A model generated the notes under the pieces. The model did not search any database. It was not told the origin of the DNA and was given only the letters and a program-made list of their open reading frames with translations. From contig CAVNZM010000015.1 in NCBI GenBank assembly GCA_963693365.1, positions 5,836,624 to 5,900,623 on the forward strand: a DNA stretch of 64,000 bases. The letters run 5' to 3'. Shown here piece after piece: positions 49,090-61,599 of the stretch; position 1 is the stretch's first letter; each line of letters opens with the position of its first letter. The position numbers and the translations under genes were made by a program. The stretch is from Amoebidium appalachense (lineage: Eukaryota > Protista > Ichthyosporea).

Positions 49090-50070
49090 GAGTATTGCAT
49101 ATCCAATTGGGCATTATTTATATATTAGACTACTCATCGAGATATATATTTAATGGACTGCTCAATTATATCAAACTGGATATCTAGTGCATATCCAGAC
49201 ACGGAAGTGATGATATCCGATTGGATATCACTCAAATATTAGAGTAGTCCTTAGGATATACATGCAACGGATGAGTATTAGATATCACTGTGATATAGAA
49301 TACATATCCAGACACGTTGTTCGGATTTCTGCCTATATGTCTATTTATATATATAATATATGCAAGGGCCGATATCTAAAGGGTGTCTTTTGGTCGTCTA
49401 TCACATCCATTTTCGTTGTTCATTTACTGATCCAGTGCATATATACTGGGATGCATGTTGGATATCTATGCTTTGGTCTACTTGGCAACTATTATGAGGT
49501 CTATTGGTGACCTGACTGTATATAGTCACTATAGGTATTCTATGCCTATATACATAGCTATCTGTATATCTAATGAACCGCATTTTCGGTAATAAATCTA
49601 TGCACAACCTATATGTATTGCATATCAAATTACATCTCTTTTGTATCAATTACATATGATTTAGGTTACCCACAGCATATCAATTGGATCTCGATTGTGC
49701 ACCTTTTATGCATGTTATATATATATATATTACGTATCATAATGGATAGGGTTTTCGGCAGGTTTCCAGTCACTGGATACCTTCGTTGCATATCCAGTAT
49801 ATATGTTTTGCATGTGTATTTGCATATCTAGTGTTCGATATCCACTGGATATCATGTCTCCCGTGGATATCTAGTGGATCCCTAACAGTAGTTATCCAAT
49901 GGATATCAGGGTTCTAACAGATATCTATATACATATTAGCCGTAGATATCCAAGATTAATATCCATTTATATTTACATATCTTAAACCCATGAACTGGAT
50001 GTAGGGTTATGTTCAGGATGGGTTTGAGTATATGGATATCTTTAATGTATCTTTTATGGGTTCCGGATGT
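49090..50070. repeat. Right subterminal GGATAT/ATATCC-rich region
   Basis: Same motif density as 24350-25830, abutting right TIR. Confidence 0.7.
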
Positions 50071-50089
50071 TTCGGCAAGATTGCTGATG

Positions 50090-50400
50090 ATCCTCGCGCG
50101 CATGTTATATTCGCTTGACGCATGCCACTGGTCATGCCATCCTGAAGTGCAGTTTATATTCGCTTGCCGCATGCCATGCTCATGCCATCCTGAAGCGCAT
50201 ATTAAATTCGCTTGACGCATGCCATTGGTCATGCCATCCTGAAGCGCATATTAAATTCGCTTGACGCATGCCATTGGTCAAGCCATCCTCGCGCGCATGT
50301 TATATTCGCTTGACGCATGCCACTGGTCATGCCATCCTGAAGTGCAGTTTATATTCGCTTGACGTTGCTATGCACGTGCCATCCTGATGCGATTGACGCT
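50090..50400. repeat. ~48-bp minisatellite, right part
   Basis: Continues the 23765-24332 array in register after the AT duplication. Confidence 0.9.
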
Positions 50401-50859
50401 TGTCATGACATATGGATATCATGATGGTTATGATAATAATGTTGCGTTGGAGTGTGCATGCTTTCTTTTTCACATGTTTGGGTTTTATTTGTGGAAATTA
50501 TTGACATAAATATTTTTCTGGGTAAACACGTAGGATGGGTGTTCGATACCAACATAACCATGTAGGCTTCATTTCGTGTTTTAGCAGTTAGCGGTTGGCT
50601 GCCCGCACACGGGCACTTATTAGCCAGTCAAAACATCAGATACCACAGATCACTAGACCGAGTTATGATTGGCTCGGATCAGATTTCACATATCACTAGA
50701 TCGATTTTTGATTGGCTCAGATCGGTAGGCTTAGGTATATAAGCACGACAGTTTTTAGCAGATCAGCAAGCTACAAACACATCTTCTGTGTTTAGCATCC
50801 ACAGCCTTACAGCTGTATATTCCTTTTCATTCTCCCTATCTTTCCCTACGCCGGTCAGC

Positions 50860-52029
50860 ATGCCGCCGAAAAAGCGCCAGGCCTCAGCCGCCGCCCCTGC
50901 CGCGGCACCTAAGCGCCTGACCCGCAGCGACCTCCGCCACAGGCTGACCAACGCTCCCGCGGACACTGACGCGCCTCCAGCGGCCCATACCACCACGGAC
51001 CCGGACCCGCCGGCTACTCTCCCCTCCCCTCCTGAAGTCCCCCCTCAGGCCCCGCCGTCCCCGCAGATGACTTCTCAAGACGCCGTCCTGGCCGCCCTCA
51101 CCGCCATCAGCACCCAGATGGCTGGCGTCCTGGCTGCTCTCACCAACCGCGACCCTCCCGCGCCCCCCGCCGCGCCCTCCACACCCGGGGAGGTTTCCCC
51201 GGGGCTGCATCTCGGCCCTGACCTAGACCTACCTGCCCTGCCCGCGCCCCCCATCACAGGTGAGAACACTGGCGACATTCAGCCGGGCACACTCCCGCTT
51301 CCCCCCGCGGATGTGCTGGCAGATTTGCGCGCCAATCGTTTCGTCGACCTGTATAAGTTCACCCCCGCCGCCCTCCTGGCCCCATCCAAGAAAGGTCAGC
51401 ATCTGCGCATGGCCGACGACGGCAGCATCGAGACTTTTCGCCAAGACAAACCCGTTCCCCTGCGTTCACTCGTCATTTGGATCCAAGCTTGGACCCATTA
51501 CATGGCCGCCAAGCACCACCTCGGCCTCCCCACAGACAAAGACGTACTTTGGACTCAACACATCACTCGCCTCAGCACCCGATACCCGTGGGCCCAGATC
51601 CACAACTATGACGTATACGCCCGCACCGTTGCCCACCAGCAGGGTCGGGCTCCGATCGAGTGTCCCAACCTGCTCGCCCAACTCCACCAGGATCTCCTCC
51701 TGCCACCCACTCTGCTCATCCCGGACGCATGTCAGCGCTGTGGCTTCCCCGACCACCCCAGCGCGGCCTGCCCCATGTACCCCAAGCCCGGCTGTGGTCT
51801 TGACGGCTTTAAGCCGCCCCACAAGCCCGGCGGGGGTCAAACCCCTAACCGCCCTGGCCCGCAACCCGGCCCGGCAAAACCGGCCCGACCCGTGGATCTA
51901 CCCGCGACGCACTGCAGGAATTTCCACATTAACGGTCGGTCCTGCGCTAAGCAGCCCTGCCCCTTCTCCCACGTGTGCCCGCTCTGCTCTGGCACACACC
52001 CCCGCAAAGACTGCAAGCACAATGCCTAG
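50860..52029 (+). CDS. Intact gag-like ORF1 (basic N-terminus MPPKKRQ, C-terminal Cys/His fingers)
   Basis: Open 389-aa frame; CQRCGFPDHPSAAC knuckle and CRNFH..C..C..H.C..C...H....C typical of DIRS/Ngaro ORF1. Confidence 0.88.
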   Translation: MPPKKRQASAAAPAAAPKRLTRSDLRHRLTNAPADTDAPPAAHTTTDPDPPATLPSPPEVPPQAPPSPQMTSQDAVLAALTAISTQMAGVLAALTNRDPPAPPAAPSTPGEVSPGLHLGPDLDLPALPAPPITGENTGDIQPGTLPLPPADVLADLRANRFVDLYKFTPAALLAPSKKGQHLRMADDGSIETFRQDKPVPLRSLVIWIQAWTHYMAAKHHLGLPTDKDVLWTQHITRLSTRYPWAQIHNYDVYARTVAHQQGRAPIECPNLLAQLHQDLLLPPTLLIPDACQRCGFPDHPSAACPMYPKPGCGLDGFKPPHKPGGGQTPNRPGPQPGPAKPARPVDLPATHCRNFHINGRSCAKQPCPFSHVCPLCSGTHPRKDCKHNA

Positions 52030-52428
52030 TCTACGCGCACACCCACACACACAGCTAGAACATAGGGGTTAGGAGCTAGGACACACGAGTACAGGGAAAC
52101 GGAGCTCGGGAGAACGGGCCAATAGGGCTGAGTACAAAATTTTGCAGGCCAACTACGGCGCCCGCGCGCGTCAAGAATAAATGTCCCTACACAAAGACGT
52201 TTATTCTGGCCCCTGCACATAATTTTACTCCCCCCCCCCATCCCACGAGCCTCCCCCCCCCCCCCCTTACACTCACCTAGCACTCCCTCCCCCCCCCCCC
52301 TTCTTCTACCTCTGTGTCCGCCCACACCCCCGCGTGCTCGGGCACATTCCCCTGCACAGGGCCCCGCTGCCCTCCCTGCCAACCCTCACTTGGGCCCAGC
52401 TGCCCTACTCTAACCCCCCGGGGCCCTG

Positions 52429-52464
<36 letters not shown>

Positions 52465-52525
52465 CTGCCGGGATCTCCCCAAGGGTACACCACCCTTGCT
52501 AACCACCCCTTCCCCCGAGGCTCAG

Positions 52526-54144
52526 ACCCGGAGGCCCGCCCGCTGCCCCAGCACCACATTGACACCTCCCGCCTCCGGGAACTGCTGGCCTCCTACCCGG
52601 ACCAACCATTCGCCGCACAACTCCTCCACGATGTCGAATTCGGCGTGGACATCGGCTATCGCGGCCCCTCCACCTCTCGGGTGGGCCCCAACCTACCCAC
52701 CACCCCGGAGGCAGCTGCCGCTATCACGGTGGATATTGCCAAAGAAGTCGCCCTCGGCCACCTGCGCGGCCCCCTCTCCCCGGCCCAATTCTTTGACGAA
52801 TTTCCCGTCCACCGTTCCTCCCCCATCGGCGCCGTTACCAAGAAAGGGAACCCCCCCAAGTACCGTCGAATCCACCACCTCTCCTGGCCCCGGGGTAGCA
52901 GTGTCAATGACAGCATCACCTACCCCGACGAACTTCAGTACATTCGCGCCCGGGATGTCACCCAACTCATTCTCGACGCAGGCCCCGGCTGCTACATGGC
53001 CGTGGCAGATGTGCAGGCTGCCTTCCGGCACATGCCCATCCGACCGGAAGACCACCACTTAATGGCATTCAAATGGCAAGGGCATTTTTACGTTGAAACC
53101 AGACTGCCCTTCGGCCTGAAATCTAGCCCAGCCATCTGGGAACGGATCGCGGCCACCCTACAGTGGCTGGCACACCAGCACGGTATTACCCTCATCCGCC
53201 ACTACGTAGACGACTGGATTATAGTCGCCCCCACACAAGAGCAGTGCCAACGTCACCTATCCACCTTCCTGCAACTCTGCCGAGAGCTGCACATTGCCAT
53301 CTCCGAAGACAAGATGCAGGGCCCGGCTACCCGTGTCGTCTTCATCGGTATCGAATTCGACTCCATCACCATGGAGGCACGAATCCCGGCTTCCAAGCTC
53401 TCGGACCTACTCGACCTCACTTCCCACCCAAAGCCCACCATCACCATTCGGGACCTCCAGTCCCTCCTCGGCAAACTCACCTGGTGTGCCCAGCTGGTTC
53501 CCCCCGGGAGGGCCTTCTCCCAGCGCCTATGGGCCCTTCTCCGGACCCACCCACACCTTGCCGGCCACCACCACATACGACTGACTGCTGCCGCCCGGGC
53601 CGACATAGCCGAATGGCACCAGTTCCTCACATCATGGAATGGGGTGCACCTCATCACACCCCCCACATACACCACCCTGGCCACTGATGCTGCCGGATCG
53701 GTGGGTCTAGGAGGCCACTGGCTCGACCAATGGTTCTTCATGCCCTGGTCCCCCTCCACCCAAGCCCTCTATGCTCATGAGGGTAAACTCGGTTCTTCCG
53801 TCATCGAACTCCTGGCCATCGCAGCCGCCGTGGCCCTCTGGGCCCCCTCCTGGTCCACCCACCATGTCCGTATTTTATGCGACAACACGGGTGCTGTGTC
53901 TGACCTGCACTCCCGGTCTTCCCCCCACCCCGTGATGGCCTGACTTATTCGGTTCATCACCCGCATGGAAATGCAATACCAATTTACGTTACAGGCATCC
54001 TACCTACCAGGACCCCTCAAACATTTGGCCGATGCCATTTCTCGTAACCAACTTCCCCGGGCCCGACGACTCCGACCTTCCCTGCAACCGGAGCCCTGCC
54101 CCTTCCCCTCCTGGGTCCACGAGTTCCTATCCCTTCCCTTGGGC

Positions 54145-54147
<3 letters not shown>
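52526..54147 (+). pseudogene. RT-RNase H of copy 4 with premature TGA at 53941
   Basis: AAA in other copies replaced by TGA. Confidence 0.9.
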
Positions 54148-54178
<31 letters not shown>

Positions 54179-54209
54179 AGATCTCCCGTTCCGGAGCAAC
54201 ACTGGCAGA

Positions 54210-55235
54210 TTGGCCCCCCACTTTGCTCCGGCCGAGCTGCTTCGAGCCACCACTACCCTGCAGGAATGCCAGGCCCTGAGTCTCAACCTCGACTCTCGGG
54301 CCTTTTACTCCCGGGTGCAAAAAGTGTTCATCGATTTCTGTGTGGCATCTCGGCTGCAATCCTCCTCCGGGTCCTCCCTCCCGGCCTCCCCACACACCGT
54401 GCAACTTTTTCTCGCCTGGTGTGCCCAACGAGGGGTACAGGCCTCTTCCTTAACCGGTTCGGCCATCACCAGGCTCCACCTCGACATGGGCCTCCCTGCT
54501 CCCTACCCCCACGACAAGTCTCTGGCCTGGTTCCTACGGGGGGTGGGCCGATGGTAGCTTTCTCACAACATCCGACCCCGCTCATCCACCAGGGAACCCC
54601 TCCTCCCCTCCCACCTCCGCCTACTCCATGGCCAGTGCCCCACCAAGGCTTCCTCGGCCAATCTCCGGCTATGGACGGCCCTCATCGTCGGTTTCTGTGG
54701 TCTCCTCCGTTCAGGGGAATTTACCTCCAAGACCCTGACTTCTTTCGACCCGTCCCGTCACGTTAAACGGAAGGACGTGACCTTCATCTACACCCCCACC
54801 GGGACTTTGTCCCATGCCACCCTCCACCTGCCAACCTCTAAGACGGATGTACAGGCCCGAGGTGTCAACGTCACCCTAGCTGCCCTGCCCCTCACCCACT
54901 TCTCCCCAGCCCATCTCCTCCGGCAGTTCCTGGATACAACGTCCGGTCAACCCGACGACCCCCTCTTCAGTCTCGGTGGCATCCCCTACACCAAGAGTGC
55001 TTTCTCTGCCGATTTCCGTGCCCTCCTCTCCCGGGCAGGCCTCTCACCCTCCCGGTTTGCCGGACACAGCCTCCGCATCGGGGGGGCCACAGCACTGGCT
55101 GAGGCCGGGGTCGACGACTCCCGGATCAAACAACTCGGCAGGTGGTCCTCCGACTGCTTCCTGATCTATACCCGACTTCGTCCGGCCTCCATTGCTGCCA
55201 CCACCACACGTGTATTCGCCTCTATTCTTAAGTGA
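54210..55235 (+). pseudogene. Tyrosine recombinase of copy 4 with premature TAG at 54555 and a 6-bp deletion
   Basis: Comparison with 454-1485. Confidence 0.9.
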
Positions 55236-55275
55236 AACCTTTGGAGCAAGCATACTGCTCTCGTGCCGTGGTTTA

Positions 55276-56594
55276 GGTTTTATTTGTGGAAATTATTGAC
55301 ATAAATATTTTTCTGGGTAAACACGTAGGATGGGTGTCCGATATCAACAGGCTTCGTTTCATGTTTTAGCAGTTCGCGTTCGGCTGCCCGCATACGGGCA
55401 CCTATTAGCCGATCAAAGCATCAGATTCCACAGATCACTAGACCGAGTTTGATTGGCTCAGGATAAGATTTCACATAACACTAGATCGGTTTTGATTGGC
55501 TCAGTTCGGCAGCCTTAGGTATATAAGCACGACAGTTTTTAGCAGATCAGCAAGCAACAACACATCCTCTGTGTTTAGCACCTACAGCTTTACAGCTATA
55601 TTTTCTTTTTCTTTTCTTCTCCCTATCTTTCCCTACGCCGGTCAGCATGCCGCCGAAAAAGCGCCAGGCCTCAGCCGCCGCCCCTACCGCGGCACCTAAG
55701 CGCCTAACCCGCAGCGACCTCCGCCACAGGCTGACCAACGCGGGACTGGCATCACTCGCTTCAGCACCCGATACCCGTGGACCCAGATCCACAACTATGA
55801 CGTATACGCCCGAACCGTTGCCCACCAACAGGGTCGGGCTCCGATCGAGTGTCCCAACCTGCTCGCCCAACTCCACCAGGATCTCCTCCTGCCACCCACT
55901 CTGCTCATCCCGGACGCATGTCAGCGTTGCGGCTTCCCCGACCACCCCAGCGCGGCCTGCCCCATGTACCCCAAGCCCGGCTGTGGTCTTGATGGTTTCG
56001 AGCCCCCCCACAAGCCCGGCGGGGGACAAACCCCCAACCGACCCGGCCCGCAACCCGGCCCGGCACCACCGGCCCGACCCGTGGATCTACCCGCAACACA
56101 CTGCAGGAATTTCCACAACGGTCGGTCCTGCGCTAAGCAGCCCTGCCCCTTCTCCCACGTGTGCCCGCTCTGCTCTGGCACACACCCCCGCAAAGACTGC
56201 AAGCACAATGCCTAGTCTACGCGCACACCCACACCCACAGATAGAACATAGGGGCTAGGAGCTAGGTTACACGGGTCCAAGGACACGGAGCTCGGGAAAA
56301 ACGGGGCACTAGGGCTGAGTAACATTTTTCGCAGGCCAACTACGGCGCCCGCGCGCGCCAAGAATAAATGTCCCTACACAAAGACGTTATTCTGGCCACT
56401 GCACATAAATTTACTCCCCCCCCCATCCCACGAGCCTCCCCCCCTTACACTCACCTAGCGCTCCCTCCCTTCTTCTAACTCTGTGTACGCCCACACCCGC
56501 GCGTGCTCGGGCATCCCCTGCACAGGGCCCCGCTGCCCTCCCTGCAAACCCTCCCTCGGGCCCAGCTGCCCTACTCTAACCCCCCGGGGCCCTG

Positions 56595-56633
<39 letters not shown>

Positions 56634-58716
56634 ATGCCGGGATCTCCCCGAGGGTGCCCCACCCTTGCTAACCACCCCTTCCCCCGAGGCTCAGCCCCGG
56701 TGGCCCGCCCGCTGCCCCAGCACCACGTTGACACCTCCCGCCTCTGGGAGCTGCTGGCCCCCCTACCCAGCCCAATCATTCGCCGCGCAGCTCCTCCGTA
56801 ACCAACTTCCCCGGACCCGACGACTCCGACCTTACCTGCAACCGGAGCCCTGCCCCTTCCCCTTCTGGGTCCACAAGTTCCTATCCCTTCCCCTGGGCTC
56901 ACCCCCCCCCCCCCCCCCCCCCCCCAGATCTCCCCTTCCGGAGCAACGCTGGCCGATTGGCCCCCCACTTTGCTCCGGCCGAGCTGCTTCGTGCCACCAC
57001 TACCCTGCAGGAATGCCAGGCCCTGAGTCTCAACCTCGACTCTCGGGCCTTTTACTCCAGGGTACAAAAAAAAAAAAAGTGTTCATCGATTTTTGTGTGG
57101 CATCTCGGCTGCAATCCTCCGCCGGGTCCTCCCTCCCGGCCTCCCCCCACACCGTGCAGCTTTTTCTCGCCTGGTGTGCCCAACGAGGGGTACAGGCCTC
57201 TTCCTTGGCCGGCTACAATTCAGCCATCACCAGACTCCACCTCGACATGGGCCTCCCTGCTCCCTACCCCCACGACAAGTCTCTGGCCTGGTTCTTCCGA
57301 GGGGTGGGCAGATGGCAGCTTTCTCACAACATCCGACCCCGATCATCCACCAGGGAGCCCCTCCTGCCCTCCCACCTTAGCCTACTCCATGGCCAGTGCC
57401 CCACCAAGGCCTCCTCGGCTAATCTACGGCTATGGACGGCCCTCATCGTCGGTTTCTGTGGTCTCCTCCGTTCGGGGGAATTTACCTCCAAAACCCTGAC
57501 TTCCTTTGACCCGTCCCGTCACGTTAAACGGAAAGACGTGACCTTCACCTACACCCCCACCGGTACTTTGTCCCATGCCACCCTCCACCTGCCAACCTCT
57601 AAGACGGATGTACAGGCCCGAGGTGTCAACGTCACTCTAGCTGCCCTGCCCCTCACCCACTTCTCCCCAGCCCATCTCCTCCGGCAGTTCCTGGATACAA
57701 CGTCCGGTCAACCCAAGCCCATCTCCTCCGGCAGTTCCTGGATACAACGTCCGGTCAACCCAACGACCCCCTCTTCAGTCTCGGTGGCATCCCCTACACC
57801 AAGTGTGCTTTCTCTGCCGACTTCCGTGCCCTCCTCTCCCGGGCAGGCCTCTCACCCTCCCGGTTTGCCGGACACAGCCTCCGCATCGGGGGGCCCACAG
57901 CACTGGCTGAGGCCGGGGTCGACGACTCCCGGATCAAACAACTCGGCAGGTGGTCCTCCGACTGTTTCCTGATCTATACCCGACTTCATCCGGCCTCCAT
58001 TGCTGCCACTACCACACGTGTATTCGCCTCTATTCTTAAGTGAAACCTTTGGAGCAAGCATACTGCTCTCGTGCCGTGGTTTACAACCATTGCAGGTTCA
58101 CTTTCGTCCAAGGGGATGTCCCCCTAGAGGCAACACACGTCCCGGAGTAGTTTTCATAGAGGTTTTATTTGTGGAAATTATTGACATAAATATTTTTCTG
58201 GGTAAACACGTAGGATGGGTGTCCGATATCAACAGGCTTCGTTTCATGTTTTAGCAGTTCGCGTTCGGCTGCCCGCATACGGGCACCTATTAGCCGATCA
58301 AAGCATCAGATTCCACAGATCACTAGACCGAGTTTGATTGGCTCAGGATAAGATTTCACATAACACTAGATCGGTTTTGATTGGCTCAGTTCGGCAGCCT
58401 TAGGTATATAAGCACGACAGTTTTTAGCAGATCAGCAAGCAACAACACATCCTCTGTGTTTAGCACCTACAGCTTTACAGCTATATTTTCTTTTTCACCC
58501 ACCCACCTACACCCTACACTCAACCCCCATTGATCCCCACATACGTGCTGTTTTTTCACGGGGCGAAGACTTCCCCCGTTTTTTGGGCACAAGGACCTCA
58601 CGGATCAATAAATTGATGACTGGGGGCTTGCCGTGGTTTACAACCATTGCAGGTTCACTTTCGTCCAAGGGGATGTCCCCCTAGAGGCAACACACGTCCC
58701 GGAGTAGTTTTCATAG
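55276..58716 (+). mobile_element. Ngaro copy 5, beta, non-autonomous (gag and RT largely deleted, YR disrupted), nested in B1 of copy 4
   Basis: Complete A1/B1/A2/B2; deletions at ~55741 and ~56797; expanded A run at 57066-57078; ~45-bp tandem duplication at 57669-57760. Confidence 0.92.
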
Positions 58717-59400
58717 ACAACCATTGCAGGTTCACTTTCGTCCAAGGGGATGTCCCCCTAGAGGCAACACACGTCCCGTAGTAGTTTTCATAGAGGTTTT
58801 ATTTGTGGAAATTATTGACATAAATATTTTTCTGGGTAAACACGTAGGATGGGTGTTCGATACCAACATAACCATGTAGGCTTCATTTCGTGTTTTAGCA
58901 GTTAGCGGTTGGCTGCCCGCACACGGGCACCTATTAGCCAGTCAAAACATCAGATACCACAGATCACTAGACCGAGTTATGATTGGCTCGGATCAGATTT
59001 CACATATCACTAGATCGATTTTTGATTGGCTCAGATCGGTAGGCTTAGGTATATAAGCACGACAGTTTTTAGCAGATCAGCAAGCTACAAACACATCTTC
59101 TGTGTTTAGCATCCACAGCCTTACAGCTGTATATTCCTTTTCACCCACCCACCTACACCCACACACAACCCCCATTGATCCACACATACGTGCTGTTTTT
59201 TCACGGGGCGAAGACTTCCCCCGTTTTTTGGGCACATGGACCTCACGGATCAATAAATTGATGACTGGGGGCTTGCCGTGGTTTACAACCATTGCAGGTT
59301 CACTTTCGTCCAAGGGGATGTCCCCCTAGAGGCAACACACGTCCCGTAGTAGTTTTCATAGAGTGTGTGCATATCTTAACCAGGCTTTACCTTGTTACAG

Positions 59401-61599
59401 GGATTGTCTTCCATAATCCCGACGGAAACGACTTGTTCGTGAATGCCCTAGGTAACGTCAACTTTGGATACATTGGTGCCTTGGTTGCCATGAAGGTGGT
59501 TGACGGCCCTGGTTGTGGAGTTAAGTTCAAAAATACTGCCCACGAAGACTATGTCAAGCAAGAGGTGGCTGTGTTGGCATGGCTTCGCGATAGGGCGTAT
59601 GCCCTTTTTTTCGACAACAGATCGGCCAAATCAGCTATTCGCCGGAAGTGCAGCAAAGGCTTCCATTTCCAATGCCAAGAAGGCGCTGTCATCTATTCAG
59701 GGTATGTGTATGTCTTTGTGTGATATACATGTACACTTAAAATTCGATTCTAATAGTCCGTTCTCCAGGTCAGACCGTCGACGGCTCACGAAATCATTGG
59801 GAAAGAAGTCGCCACCTCGCCGTGTCCTGTTTTTTTCACAGGTCATGGAACGCCTTACCGGCGGGGGTTTGGGGCATGTTGGACGGGATGCGATGATGGC
59901 GGACTTCCATCGCAAGTACTTTGTGTTTTGCAACGCAAAGACGCTAGTGTCCGCCTACATTAGTCGGTGCTTCTCGTGCACCGCGCACTCCACAACCCTG
60001 GGCCCAACAACCAGAAAAGTGATCGTGGCTAATCTGCCTGGAAATATTGTAAGTCTGTCATTGATACCATCACCTAATTTTCGGCTTGTCATAGCACGGT
60101 TTTAGATCACACATGCATGCTTGTGTGAAACGCATATGTACTCAATGATTTATCCGTATGATTCCGTGCTCAGGCCATGCCTCAAGCCATTATTAGATTC
60201 CCTTGACCCTTGCCGTGCTCATGCCATCCCGAAGGGAATACTATATTCCCTTGCCGCTTGTTCCCTTGCCACTTGCTCCCTTATGCTTCTTTGATACCAA
60301 ATTGAGACCCACCTGGCTCTTCTGACTGTTTCATGTCAGGTGGTAATGGATTTTTCTTCATTGGGCAAAGAGGCTACCATGAAAGACCCCGTTACTGGCT
60401 TCACCAAGATGAGCCTTGCGACAGACCACCTTTCAAAGTTCACTGTGGGGATTCCCACTGCATCCGAGGACTCCAACACCGCCATCCGAACTTTGCAGGC
60501 CATGATGAAGGTGACCCCGGTTAGGGAGGTTTGGGTTGACGGCGGTGGTGCTTATGTCAGCAACGAATTTCGCGCGTTTTGCGATGAGAACAACATTGAT
60601 TTCGTTCCGGCAACGCCGTACCACCCTCAAACTAAGGGCGTAGTGGAGCGTATCCATCGAACTATCAGGAAACTGTTGGCATCCGCGATGCTGGCAGGCA
60701 GGGATGTCAAGGAGGGGTACACTCTTCCTGGGCGACTGTTTGATCAGGTGTTGCATCAATATAACACAAAGTATCATTCGGTTCTGAAGGCGACCCCATT
60801 CGAGGTCATGATGGGTCGTGAATCAGGTTCTGTCCGCGCCATGGGCAGGGATCAGTATAACCGTCTACTGGCGGAGATGAGACGGAATATCATTCGGAGC
60901 GGTTCCAGATTCCACAAGGATACCACGGTTAAGCTACCAGAATTGTCCGTCGGTGATTACGTTATCGTCAACACCGGTGTGAGGGATCGCACCAAGGCGC
61001 GTAGTACCCTCAGACCGGTGTGGGGGGCATATGGTGAGGTGAAGGCACAGAGATCTCCATTCACATACACGGTGGAGATTCTGGCCTCAAAGGCCAAACA
61101 TCCGGGTTCCACCATCGTTGCTGGATCCACGACGGTCTTCCACATCAGGTAATGTTTCAGGCCTGGCCTTGAATGTGCGTCTGTTATTATGGCAGGATCA
61201 TCTTTTTTGCTTTGCCGTATAGTATATTGGTACATACTGTCAACAGCATAGTTCACTGATGGGATTTTATGCAGAGACATCAAGCCGGTTCCATCCAGCT
61301 TCAGACCCGACGACATGGAGCGGTACCTCGTCCATACAATCGGCGACCCGACATATGTTGTTGATTGCGTGTTCGGTCGCAGAACCATTGTAGATGACAA
61401 AGGGGACTTGTACGACCAGGTTTTAGTTAAATGGCGTGGATTTCCCTTTTCCCAATGTACTTGGGAGGATCCTGGTGAAGTTATGCCCCCCAACACAGGG
61501 GCACCCACTTGCGATGAACAAGATGTGGATGGCAACGACATTCCATTAGCATTACGTGGTCTGAAAGATTTCAGTAGCTACACGGATGCCAACTTTTGA
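59401..61599 (+). CDS. Intron-containing retroviral-type DDE integrase with chromodomain (Ginger-like transposase)
   Basis: Exons 59401-59701, 59769-60048, 60340-61148, 61275-61599 with matching phases; GHVG..CFSC, VMDF, DHLSKF, WVDGG, PYHPQTKGVVER, TPFEVM.GR; VLVKWRGFPFSQCTWE; no RT or gag of its own seen. Confidence 0.85.

Larger units (their letters stand above)
50481..59361 (+). mobile_element. Ngaro copy 4, alpha, full structure but B1 interrupted by copy 5
   Basis: A1 50481, ORFs, B1 split 55264-55275 / 58717-58793, A2 58795-59143, B2 59274-59361; A1/A2 and B1/B2 share private variants. Confidence 0.92.
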
